NCBI GenBank assembly: GCA_038255685.1
Contig: JBBSLC010000001.1
Coordinates: forward strand, 1-56,566
Source: Acidimicrobiales bacterium
GTDB taxonomy: Bacteria > Actinomycetota > Acidimicrobiia > Acidimicrobiales > CADCSY01
Direction of reading: 5' to 3'
DNA: 56,566 nt
The position numbers were made by a program, and so were the translations under genes. The stretch's first letter is position 1. The number at the start of each line of letters is the position of its first letter. Shown piece after piece: positions 35,614 through 44,151 of this stretch. The notes beneath the pieces were generated by a model. It was given only the letters and a program-made list of their open reading frames with translations, did not search any database and had not been told where the DNA came from.

Positions 35614-36776
35614 GCGACCGTCCGCCGCCGCGCCTCGGACCAGGTGAGACCCTGCTCGACGTCGACGTCGTGCGGGAGACCCAGGACCCGCTCTCCGATG
35701 ATGTTGCGCTGCACCACGGAGGTGCCACCGCCGACGGTGAGGGCGGGGGCGAAGAGGAAGCCGTGCGACCAGAGGGCGGCATCGGCACCCATCGGCCCTG
35801 CGCTGGCGAGCATGCCTGCCGTGCCAGCCAGGTCCTTGGCCAGCTCCATGATGTGCTGACCGTGCTCGTCGGCCAGCGCCTTGCGAACGGAGGCCTCGGG
35901 ACCGGGCTGGTCGCCCTTGATGCGGGCCGTGACGGTTCGCAGGCGGATGAGACGCAGCAGCTCGGCCTCGATGTGGAGCTGCGCGAGCCGCTGGCGCAGG
36001 AGCGGATCGACGACGCCACCGCGGTCTCGCACGAGGTCGAGCAGGTCGCCGGCCGTCGGGCCGTTCCCCCACAGCGCGCCACCCGACGACAGCGAGACCC
36101 GCTCGTTGCCGAGCGTCACCTTGGCGAGCGCCCAGCCCCGGTTCTCCTCGCCGACGAGGTTCTCTGCCGGGATCCGCACGTCGGTGAAGAAGACCTCGTT
36201 GAACGTGTGCGAGCCCGTCATCTCGATGATGGGGCGGATCTCGATGCCTGGCGCGTCCATCGGGCAGATGAAGTACGAGACGCCCTGGTGCTTCCCCACG
36301 TCGGGATCGGTTCGGGCGATGAGGATCCCGAACGAGGACCACTGGGCGAGGGAGGTCCAGATCTTCTGGCCGTTGACGACGTACTCGTCGCCGTCCCGGA
36401 CGGCACGGGTCCCCAGGCTCGCCAGGTCGGAACCGGCGCCGGGCTCGGAGAACAGCTGGCACCACAGCTCGTCGCCGGCGAGCAGCGGCATCAGGTAGCG
36501 GTCCTTCTGGGCGTCGGTCCCGGCGTGGAGGATCGTCGGTCCCGCCCAGCCGATGCCGATCGGGTTCATGGGCCGTCGCACCCCTGCGGCGCGCAGCTCG
36601 TCGTCGACGACCAGCTGGTGGATCGGGTCGGCGTCGAGGCCCCACGGCGCCGGCCAGTGCGGCGCCACGTAGCCGGCTTCGGCGAGCGCCCGCCCGGTCG
36701 GCGAAGGGTTCGCCCCGAGCCACGTGCGCACCGCGCGACGGCGTGGGTCGTCCTCACCCGGAAGCTCGAAGTCCAT
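35610..36776 (-). CDS. acyl-CoA dehydrogenase
   Basis: ATG 36776 (MDFELPGEDD...). QLFSEPGAGSDLAS, YVVNGQKIWTSLA, GGGTSVVQRNIIGERVLGLP. Confidence 0.88.
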   Translation of the reverse strand: MDFELPGEDDPRRRAVRTWLGANPSPTGRALAEAGYVAPHWPAPWGLDADPIHQLVVDDELRAAGVRRPMNPIGIGWAGPTILHAGTDAQKDRYLMPLLAGDELWCQLFSEPGAGSDLASLGTRAVRDGDEYVVNGQKIWTSLAQWSSFGILIARTDPDVGKHQGVSYFICPMDAPGIEIRPIIEMTGSHTFNEVFFTDVRIPAENLVGEENRGWALAKVTLGNERVSLSSGGALWGNGPTAGDLLDLVRDRGGVVDPLLRQRLAQLHIEAELLRLIRLRTVTARIKGDQPGPEASVRKALADEHGQHIMELAKDLAGTAGMLASAGPMGADAALWSHGFLFAPALTVGGGTSVVQRNIIGERVLGLPHDVDVEQGLTWSEARRRTVA

Positions 36777-36899
36777 CAGCTCGGTACCGTAGCGCCCGAA
36801 CCCCGGGCCCGCGACACGAGTCACGAGACGTGCTCCGTCATGCCACCACTCGAAGGCAGCGGAGTTGACCTCGATGAGACAATGTGGCAAGAGTGCCGC

Positions 36900-38069
36900 A
36901 TGAGCATTCGCGGCGCCGCCCTCATCGCCGGGGCCTACGAGCACCCTCGGCGCGAGATCCCTGACCGGACGATCCCCCAGATCCACGCCGAGGTCGCGCT
37001 CGGCGCGCTGGCCGACGCCGGGCTCACGCTCGCCGACGTGGACGGCTACTTCTGCGCGGGGGACGCGCCGGGCTTCGGGGCGCTCTCCATGGCTGAGTAC
37101 CTGGGCCTCCGGCTCGACCACGTCGACTCCACCGAGACGGGCGGGTCGTCCTACGTCGTGCACGTCGGCCACGCCGTCCAGGCGATCGCCGCCGGCAAGT
37201 GCAAGGTCGCCCTCATCACGCTCGCCGGCAACCCCAGGTCCGGTGGCTGGGAGCAGGGGGCGCGGGGCGCCTTCGCAGCAGCACCGGAGGCGGCCTTCGA
37301 GATGCCGTGGGGCTCCACCATCGTCGCCGGCTACGCCTTGGCCGCCGCCCGCCACATGTACGAGTTCGGGACCACGAGCGCCCAGCTGGCCGAGATCAAG
37401 GTCGCCGCCGCGTCCCACGCACAGCACAACCCGAACGCGTTCCTGCGCACCCCGGTGTCGATCGAGGAGGTGCTCGAGTCGCCGATGGTGTCGAACCCGC
37501 TGCACCGCCTGGACTGCTGCGTGATCACCGACGGCGGCGGCGCACTGGTGGTCGTCGCCCCCGAGGTGGCCCGGGACCTCGCCCGGCCCTGTGTCAAGGT
37601 CCTCGGGAGCGGCGAGGCGCCCAAGCACGCCGACAACGGCCGCATCGACCTCACCTACACGGGGGCGGTGTGGTCGGGGCCGCGGGCGTTCGCCGAGGCC
37701 GGGGTGACGCCGGCCGACATCGACTACGCGTCCATCTACGACTCGTTCACGATCACAGTCCTCGAGACCATCGAGGACCTCGGGTTCTGCGAGAAGGGCA
37801 AGGGTGGCCAGTTCGTCTCCGACGGAGGGCTCCAGTCGCCCCACGGCAGGCTGCCCTTCAACACCGACGGCGGCGGGCTGTGCAACAACCACCCCGCCAA
37901 CCGTGGGGGCATGACCAAGGTGATCGAAGCGGTCCGCCAGCTCCGGGGCGAGGCCCACCCTGCCGTCCAGGTGCCCGACTGCGCCCTCGCCCTCGCCCAC
38001 GGCACCGGCGGCTCGCTGTCGACTCGGATGGGCTCCGCCACCGTGATCCTCGGGAGAGACGAGTCATGA
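36900..38069 (+). CDS. SCP-x/Ltp-type thiolase-fold protein without catalytic cysteines (aldolase-like candidate)
   Basis: ATG 36900. CCVITDGGGALVV, NTDGGGLCNNHP. The nucleophile loop reads DSTETGGSS and the C-terminal loop reads GTGGSLS, compared with NACATG and GLGSAC in 55036-56244. Confidence 0.86.
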   Translation: MSIRGAALIAGAYEHPRREIPDRTIPQIHAEVALGALADAGLTLADVDGYFCAGDAPGFGALSMAEYLGLRLDHVDSTETGGSSYVVHVGHAVQAIAAGKCKVALITLAGNPRSGGWEQGARGAFAAAPEAAFEMPWGSTIVAGYALAAARHMYEFGTTSAQLAEIKVAAASHAQHNPNAFLRTPVSIEEVLESPMVSNPLHRLDCCVITDGGGALVVVAPEVARDLARPCVKVLGSGEAPKHADNGRIDLTYTGAVWSGPRAFAEAGVTPADIDYASIYDSFTITVLETIEDLGFCEKGKGGQFVSDGGLQSPHGRLPFNTDGGGLCNNHPANRGGMTKVIEAVRQLRGEAHPAVQVPDCALALAHGTGGSLSTRMGSATVILGRDES

Positions 38070-38476
38070 CCGACCTGCCGGCGCTCGCGCCCCCCGTCAA
38101 CCTCGAGACCCAGCCGTTCTGGGACGCCACCGCTGAGGGGCGGCTCGTCCTCCCCCGCTGCGACTCGTGCAGCACGGTGATCTGGTACCCACGCCTGTTC
38201 TGCCCCCTCTGCGGGAGCACGGAGGTGTCGTGGTTCGACGCCAAAGGGACCGGCACCGTCTACAGCGCCACGGTCGTCCGCAAGGGTCAAGGCCCCTTCG
38301 CCGACGCCGCGCCGTACGTGCTCGCCTACGTCGAGCTGGACGAGGGGCCCCGCATCATGACGAACATCGTCGACGGCGATCCGGAGCGCATCGAGATCGG
38401 CCAGCGGGTGACGGTCACCTTCGCCGACACCGGCAAGGGAACGGCCCTCCCCCGGTTCCGCCCACTGGACGGCTGA
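38066..38476 (+). CDS. DUF35 OB-fold/zinc-ribbon protein
   Basis: ATGA overlap with 36900-38069. Zn ribbon: PRCDSCSTVIWYPRLFCPLCGS, followed by an OB-fold region. Confidence 0.88.
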   Translation: MTDLPALAPPVNLETQPFWDATAEGRLVLPRCDSCSTVIWYPRLFCPLCGSTEVSWFDAKGTGTVYSATVVRKGQGPFADAAPYVLAYVELDEGPRIMTNIVDGDPERIEIGQRVTVTFADTGKGTALPRFRPLDG

Positions 38477-38508
38477 CGCAACGAAGGGGGCGTCGGCCCG
38501 TCAGCGGT

Positions 38509-39369
38509 TCACGCCCCCGCTCGCCGGACGGCGCACATCGCCATGGCCTCGTCGATCCCCTTCAAGCTCCTACGTCGGACACGGCCGAGGGTGACGCCGC
38601 CCATGCCACCGACCTCCTCGCAGATCGCCCCGGTGACGAGCACCTCCCCCCCTCTGGCTTGCTCGGCCACCCGGGCGGCGATGTTCACGTCGTGGCCGAT
38701 CAGGTCGTCGCCCGTGACGACGGCGAGGCCGCAGTGGACCCCGGCTCGTAGCAGGAGCGGCTCAGGCGGGCTCTCCACGAGGTCGAGCGCGGCGAGGACG
38801 GCAACGCCGGGGGTGGGAAAGGAGAGCATCAGGCCGTCACCGATCCGCTTGACGATCCGGCCTCCCCACCTCCGCACGATCGGCCCGACGGTCCGGTGGT
38901 GGGCGGCGAGCAGCGCCAACGCCGCCTCGTCCCCTGCTCGTGCGGTGAAGCGGGTGAAGTCCTCGAGGTCGGTGAACACGACCACCACCGGCGCAGGAAC
39001 GTGGTCGGTGCCGTCCTCGGCGATGGTGGAGAAGAGCTGGAGCGCGCTCAGGCCGATGAGGCCGAGCGTCGACGGCTTGCGCTCGACCGAGCGCTCGAGG
39101 AACCGCTGCGTGACCTGCAACGCCCCAGAGGTCCGCACCGGGTGACGGCCTGGCTCGTCGACCCAGTTCCGATCGAGCAAGCCCACCTCGATGGCGGTGC
39201 CGACGAGCTCCGGGTCCCGCTGCAGCAGCGCCAACGCACGCTCGGCCAACCCGTGGCGGACCGCCCGCACGGTCGATGAGCCCGCCTCTCGCGCCTGTCG
39301 GACGTTGAGCACGCGCCCTGCAGGCGGCCCTTCCACCCCTTCGCCACCGGAGGGACGGCTCTCGCTCAC
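38509..39369 (-). CDS. class III adenylate/guanylate cyclase domain protein
   Basis: VVVVFTDLEDFTRFT, IVKRIGDGLMLSF, GVHCGLAV, GHDVNIAARV. The N-terminal ~130 aa have no recognisable domain. The start (GTG 39369) is uncertain. Confidence 0.75.
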   Translation of the reverse strand: MSESRPSGGEGVEGPPAGRVLNVRQAREAGSSTVRAVRHGLAERALALLQRDPELVGTAIEVGLLDRNWVDEPGRHPVRTSGALQVTQRFLERSVERKPSTLGLIGLSALQLFSTIAEDGTDHVPAPVVVVFTDLEDFTRFTARAGDEAALALLAAHHRTVGPIVRRWGGRIVKRIGDGLMLSFPTPGVAVLAALDLVESPPEPLLLRAGVHCGLAVVTGDDLIGHDVNIAARVAEQARGGEVLVTGAICEEVGGMGGVTLGRVRRRSLKGIDEAMAMCAVRRAGA

Positions 39370-39463
39370 CTCCGGCTCGTCGGCCGTCCTCCCCGAATCG
39401 CCTCCCGCCTTGCCCACACGCCCAGGTTGTCGGGTGCAACAGCTCGACGCAAGTGTCGCAGTG

Positions 39464-39489
39464 TGGCAACATGCTCCCTGTGGTTGCCA
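39464..39489. promoter_or_regulatory. inverted repeat TGGCAAC-N12-GTTGCCA flanked by direct AGTGTCG repeats
   Basis: 7-bp perfect arms. AGTGTCG occurs at 39452-39458 and 39494-39500. The site lies at the cyclase/TetR divergent junction and may overlap the TetR 5' end. Confidence 0.35.
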
Positions 39490-40106
39490 ACCCAGTGTCG
39501 AACCTGTTGTCCCTGCCCCTGCCCGGAGAGGGCATCCCGAGTCCTCCTCCTGCCGCGCTCGACCCGTTCCTCGACGCCGCGGCACGGTGCTTCGCCCGCC
39601 ACGGGATCGGTCGGACATCGGTCCAGGACGTGGCCCGTGAGCTGGGCATCGACCGTACGACCGTCTACCGCCAGGTGGGCACGATCGACCAGCAGGTGCG
39701 GCTGCTCCTGGCTCGCGACCTCAACCGGCTCCTCCTCTCGATCTCCTCCGAGCTGGACGGGCGCTCTGGAGCGGAGGTCCTCGTCGAGGTCCTCGATGTC
39801 GTGGTGTCGTTCGCGCGAGCACACCCCGTGCTCGCCAAGGTCCTCGCCCACGAGCCCGAGCTGCTCGGGCCGTTCCTCGTCGCGGACCTCCCCGCCCTCA
39901 TCGACAGGATCACCGTGATCCTCGCCCCCTTGCTCGGCCGGGCGATGGATGAGGATCACCTCGCGCGACGGGACCCGCTCGCGGTCGCCGAGTGGCTGGT
40001 CCGCATCGGCGTGTCGCTCATCCTCGCCCCACCACCGGTGGACACCAGGACGTTCCTCGCCGAGCTGCTCCTGCCCGCCCTGTCGCCTGGCGGCAGCGCA
40101 CCGTGA
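39471..40106 (+). CDS. TetR/AcrR family transcriptional regulator
   Basis: HTH: FLDAAARCFARHGIGRTSVQDVARELGIDRTTVYRQ. The start is ambiguous (GTG 39453, ATG 39471, GTG 39495). Confidence 0.8.
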   Translation: MLPVVANPVSNLLSLPLPGEGIPSPPPAALDPFLDAAARCFARHGIGRTSVQDVARELGIDRTTVYRQVGTIDQQVRLLLARDLNRLLLSISSELDGRSGAEVLVEVLDVVVSFARAHPVLAKVLAHEPELLGPFLVADLPALIDRITVILAPLLGRAMDEDHLARRDPLAVAEWLVRIGVSLILAPPPVDTRTFLAELLLPALSPGGSAP

Positions 40107-41464
40107 CCACCGCCACGCAGCAGCGAGACGCGGCCGCCGAGCTGCCCCTGAGCTCGGTTGGCGCTGGAGACGCCGTCCGCCTGGCCGAGATCCTGCTCGT
40201 CCTGGGACGCAACGGGGTCGTCTCAGTCGCCCGTCGAGGGACCCGCATCGTGCTGCGACCGCACCATCGCGCCCCTCAGGCGCTGGCAGTGGCGCTGCGG
40301 CACAGCTTCGTCGAGCTCGGGCCCACGTTCGTCAAGCTCGGCCAGCTCATCGCCTCGAGCCCGGGGTTGTTCCCCCCGTTCCTCGCTGACGAGCTCCGCC
40401 GCCTCCTCGACGACGTCCCCCCGGAGCCGGCCGCCCGCGTGCGGGCGGTGGTCGAACGCGAGCTCGGCGTGCCGCTCGGGAGCCTGTTCGCCTCGTTCGA
40501 CGACGAACCGGTCGCCGCTGCCTCCGTCGCCCAGGTCCACCGGGCCCGCCTGCACGACGGGACGGAGGTGGCGGTGAAGGTCCGCCGGCCTCACCTCCGG
40601 GCCCGCATCGAGAGCGACCTGCGGCTGCTGCGCCTCCTCGCCGCCGTGCTCGCCCGCGCCGGCACCCTCGGGAGGGTCGCGAACCCCGTCGCAATCGTGG
40701 ACGACCTCACCGACACGATCCGAGCCGAGCTCGACTTCACCCGAGAAGCTGCCGACATGGCGGCCTTCGCCGCCAACCTGGCGGCTTCGGGCCTGCACGA
40801 CGCGATCGCACCGTCGCCGGTCGCCGGCATGGTGGGTGAGCGCGTGCTCGTGATGACGTTCGTCGAAGGGACGACGATCGACGACGTCGGGCACCTGCGC
40901 GACGCCGGCCACGATCTCGAGGATCTGCTCCGCACGGGTGTGCGCGCCTGGATCGACGGGGCGTTGGTGCACGGGCTGTTCCACGGCGACGTCCACGCCG
41001 GCAACCTGTTCGTCACGCCCGAGGGACGCATCGCCTTCCTCGACTTCGGCATCGTGGGGCGGCTCGACGAGCGCACCCGGGGCGTGCTCCGCCAGGCGCT
41101 TCCCGCCGTTCTCGTGCAGGGTGACTACGCGTCCGTCGTCGGTGCCGTGTTCGACCTCGGTGCGGCGTCGGTGCCCGTGGACCTGGACGCCGCGACCGCC
41201 GACGTGCGGCGGCTGATCGAGCCGCTCGCCACGGCGAACCTGGCGGACATCAGCTACGGCGAGCTCCTGGGCCGGGTCCTCGACGTGGCAGGGAGGTATG
41301 GGGTGCACCTCCCGAAGGACCTGGTGCTGGTGGTCAAGCAGCTCCTCTACTTCGAGCGCTACGCCAAAGAGCTCGCACCGACCTACCAGCTCCTCACGGA
41401 TCCCCGGATCCTCGAGACCCTGCTCCGAGCGGGGTCAGCGACGCACCTGACGAAGGGCACCTGA
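40103..41464 (+). CDS. ABC1/UbiB (AarF) family atypical kinase, paralog 2
   Basis: GTG 40103 overlaps the TetR stop (GTGA). ELGPTFVKLGQLIASSPGLFP, VAVKVRRPH, FHGDVHAGNLFV, FLDFGIVG. Confidence 0.85.
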   Translation: MTTATQQRDAAAELPLSSVGAGDAVRLAEILLVLGRNGVVSVARRGTRIVLRPHHRAPQALAVALRHSFVELGPTFVKLGQLIASSPGLFPPFLADELRRLLDDVPPEPAARVRAVVERELGVPLGSLFASFDDEPVAAASVAQVHRARLHDGTEVAVKVRRPHLRARIESDLRLLRLLAAVLARAGTLGRVANPVAIVDDLTDTIRAELDFTREAADMAAFAANLAASGLHDAIAPSPVAGMVGERVLVMTFVEGTTIDDVGHLRDAGHDLEDLLRTGVRAWIDGALVHGLFHGDVHAGNLFVTPEGRIAFLDFGIVGRLDERTRGVLRQALPAVLVQGDYASVVGAVFDLGAASVPVDLDAATADVRRLIEPLATANLADISYGELLGRVLDVAGRYGVHLPKDLVLVVKQLLYFERYAKELAPTYQLLTDPRILETLLRAGSATHLTKGT

Positions 41465-41618
41465 CGAACGTCGAACCCGAAGGAACATCCCCGGAGCTCT
41501 CGCCGAACCTGCGTGGCGTCCCAACCTCACCCTCCGGGGGCTCGCCGATCTCGAGGTCAGGGTCGGGGGCTGATCGCGCCGTGCGAGGCGCTGGATCGCC
41601 GCTCGGTACGCTCGGCCG

Positions 41619-42572
41619 ATGAGCCTCGACGAGCGCCCTCCGAGCTGGTTCACGAGCGCGATCGCGAACCTCCCCAGGGAGAGCGAGGTCGAGGTCGCTG
41701 GCTGTCCGATCCACGTGCTCTCGTGGGGCGACCCCGACCTGCCCGGCCTCGTGCTCGTCCACGGGGGTGCTGCCCACGCCCACTGGTGGAGCTTCATCGC
41801 CCCCGCGATCACCCACCAGTTCCACGTCGCCGCCCTCGACCTGAGCGGCCACGGCGACAGCGGTCACCGCGAGAGCTACGACATGGAGCGCTGGGCGGAG
41901 GAGGTCCTCGCCGTCGCCGGGTCGCTCGGCATGGACCGCCCCATCGTCGTCGGCCACAGCATGGGCGGCTTCGTCGCCATGGTCGCCGCCGCCCTCCACG
42001 GCCCGAAGGTCACCGGCACGATCATCGTGGACTCCCCGGTGCGCCGGCCCGACCCCGAGACGGAGGAGGCGGCACGTGGACGGTCCTTTGCGAACCCCAA
42101 GACCTACCCGACGCTCGAAGCCGCCGTGGAGCACTTCCACCTCGTGCCCCCGCAGCCGTGCGAGAACCGCTACATCGTCGCCCACATCGCCCGCCACTCG
42201 CTGCGCCGCACCGACGACGGGTGGACCTGGAAGTTCGACCCGAACGTGTTCCAGCGCTTCGGCCCGAGGGACCTCCACGAGTACCTCGCCGAGGTACGCG
42301 GGCGCGTCGCCGTGCTGCACGGCGAGTTCAGCGCCATCGTCACCCCCGACGTCACCGAGCACATGAACGAGCTGCTCGGGCGCAACGCCCCGTTCGTCGA
42401 GATCCCCGAGGCGCACCACCACGTGCCGCTCGACCAACCGCTCGCCCTGATCGCCGCTCTCCGGGCCCTGCTCGCCGAGTGGGAGCACTCGCGGCCGAGG
42501 CGAGTGGACCCTGACCCGGGGCCGCTGGCGGCTGAGGCGACAGGCATTGCATCAATGCAACAGCATCGTTAG
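41619..42572 (+). CDS. alpha/beta-fold hydrolase
   Basis: LVLVHGGAAHAHWW, nucleophile elbow GHSMGG, C-terminal EAHHHVPLD. Confidence 0.85.
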   Translation: MSLDERPPSWFTSAIANLPRESEVEVAGCPIHVLSWGDPDLPGLVLVHGGAAHAHWWSFIAPAITHQFHVAALDLSGHGDSGHRESYDMERWAEEVLAVAGSLGMDRPIVVGHSMGGFVAMVAAALHGPKVTGTIIVDSPVRRPDPETEEAARGRSFANPKTYPTLEAAVEHFHLVPPQPCENRYIVAHIARHSLRRTDDGWTWKFDPNVFQRFGPRDLHEYLAEVRGRVAVLHGEFSAIVTPDVTEHMNELLGRNAPFVEIPEAHHHVPLDQPLALIAALRALLAEWEHSRPRRVDPDPGPLAAEATGIASMQQHR

Positions 42573-42575
42573 GTT
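42547..42575 (+). promoter_or_regulatory. palindrome TTGCAT-CA-ATGCAA followed 17 nt after TTGCAT by TAGGTT (promoter/operator candidate)
   Basis: Perfect 6-bp arms at 42547-42560. TTGCAT-N17-TAGGTT has sigma-70-like spacing. It lies in the last codons of the hydrolase, upstream of the sORF and P450-D. Confidence 0.45.
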
Positions 42576-42584
42576 GTCTCATAG

Positions 42585-42728
42585 ATGCGCGCCATCGCCG
42601 GCCTCGTCCATGGGTCGGCGGTCGCCACCGAGGAGGACGATGTGACCAACCAGCCCTTCCATGACCTCGAGACGCCCGATCCGGTGATCGACGAGTCGGC
42701 CCCGGCGAAGTCCGGATCCCCCGCATGA
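42585..42728 (+). CDS. possible 47-aa acidic small ORF coupled to P450-D
   Basis: ATG 42585 to TGA 42726-42728, forming an ATGA overlap with the P450-D start. MRAIAGLVHGSAVATEEDDVTNQPFHDLETPDPVIDESAPAKSGSPA. No homology is recognisable. Confidence 0.3.
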   Translation: MRAIAGLVHGSAVATEEDDVTNQPFHDLETPDPVIDESAPAKSGSPA

Positions 42729-44041
42729 GGGTCGACCTGTTCGACCCGGCGTTCCTCGCCGACCCCTACCCGACCTACGCAGCGCTGCGAGAGCACGACC
42801 CGGTGCACCACCTCGGCGGCGAGCACTGGCTCGTGAGCCGCCACCGCGACATCGTGCGGGTGCTGCGCAACACCACGGTGTTCTCCTCAGAGCTCGGCTA
42901 CAGCGGCATGCTCGGCGGCGAGAGCCCCCAGGTGCCGGGCGGCGAGGCCGGCCGGCAGCGCGACCTCACCGACTCGGGGCTCGGCATGATGATGCGGGGC
43001 TTCGCCGGCCTGCGGGTGCTCATCGCCACCGACCCGCCCGACCACACACGGCTGCGTCGGCTCGTGAGCAAGCCGTTCGCCCCACGCGTCATCTGGGCGC
43101 TGGAGCCGCGACTGCGGGAGATCTGCGACGCGCTGGTCGACGAGATGCTCGACGCCCGCGCCGACGGTGTCGCCGACCTCTGGCAGCACATCAGCTACCC
43201 GCTGCCGACGATGGTGATCGCCGAGATGCTCGGCATCCCGCCTGCCCGCAAGGCCGACTTCAAGCGTTGGTCCGATGCCATCGTGAACGGGTTGTCGCTC
43301 GGCGGGGGCGGCGACGTCACCGAGGGGGCGACGGGCGCGATGGAGATGTTCCAGTACTTCGGCGAGGTGATCGCCGAGCGCCGGGCCGAGCCGCGCGAAG
43401 ACCTCATCAGCCTGATCGTGCAGGACCCCGGCGACGGCGAGGACCCGCTCACGACCTCCGAGCTGATCGCGTTCTGCGTCCTGCTGCTGATCGCCGGCAA
43501 CGAGACGACCACGAACCTGCTCGGCAACTTCTTCGAGGCCATGCACGCCCATCCCGATCAGCTCCAGCACCTGCGCGACGACCCGTCGCTCATCCCCTCA
43601 GCGGTCGAGGAAGCCCTGCGCTACGACTCCCCGGTGCAGGGCCTGTGGCGCGGCTTGCGGGAACCGGCGGTGATCGGTGGCACCGAGGTGCCCGAGGGCG
43701 CCCGTGTGATGACGCTGTTCGCCGCGGGCAACCGGGACGCAGCGGTGTTCGGCCCTGATGCCGACATGTTCCGCGCCGATCGCAACCCGACCGACCACGT
43801 GGCCTTCGGTACCGGCATCCACGTCTGCCTCGGAGCCACCCTCGCCCGGCTCGAGGCTCGGGTGGCGATCGCCACGCTGCTCGAGCGGACCACGGCCATC
43901 GAGAAGGCAGGCGAACCCGTCCGGGCCCTCAGCCCCGTGCTGCGAGGCGTCAGGGCGCAGCCGCTGCGCCTCGAGGCCGCCCGGAGGGATCCGAGGAAGG
44001 ACGAGCCGCGCCCCGTCCTCTCGCGGGACGGCGTCCTGTGA
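42725..44041 (+). CDS. cytochrome P450 (paralog D, a different family from A-C)
   Basis: LLIAGNETTTN, EEALRYDSP, FGTGIHVCLGATLARLEARV. Confidence 0.9.
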   Translation: MRVDLFDPAFLADPYPTYAALREHDPVHHLGGEHWLVSRHRDIVRVLRNTTVFSSELGYSGMLGGESPQVPGGEAGRQRDLTDSGLGMMMRGFAGLRVLIATDPPDHTRLRRLVSKPFAPRVIWALEPRLREICDALVDEMLDARADGVADLWQHISYPLPTMVIAEMLGIPPARKADFKRWSDAIVNGLSLGGGGDVTEGATGAMEMFQYFGEVIAERRAEPREDLISLIVQDPGDGEDPLTTSELIAFCVLLLIAGNETTTNLLGNFFEAMHAHPDQLQHLRDDPSLIPSAVEEALRYDSPVQGLWRGLREPAVIGGTEVPEGARVMTLFAAGNRDAAVFGPDADMFRADRNPTDHVAFGTGIHVCLGATLARLEARVAIATLLERTTAIEKAGEPVRALSPVLRGVRAQPLRLEAARRDPRKDEPRPVLSRDGVL

Positions 44042-44151
44042 CAGCCGCCGCTGCCCGCACGCCCGGGCGGCACGTGCTCCGCTCGCGCCCTGGACGGCAG
44101 GCCGCTCTCGTCCGCTCGGGCACGCCTCGACGCGCCGCGTGAGGGTTCCGG

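Noticed and set aside
34108-38069. Giant ORFs of 796-890 aa (34108-36723, 35397-38069, 35610-38000) that might suggest fusion proteins.
   Set aside because: Each is a real gene preceded by stop-free antisense or out-of-frame sequence. Internal RBS/start codons and 4-nt overlaps define normal-sized genes (35613, 36776, 36900).
38477-38508. Possible bidirectional terminator between the convergent DUF35 and cyclase genes.
   Set aside because: Only a 4-bp GACG/CGTC stem could be found, which is too weak to report.
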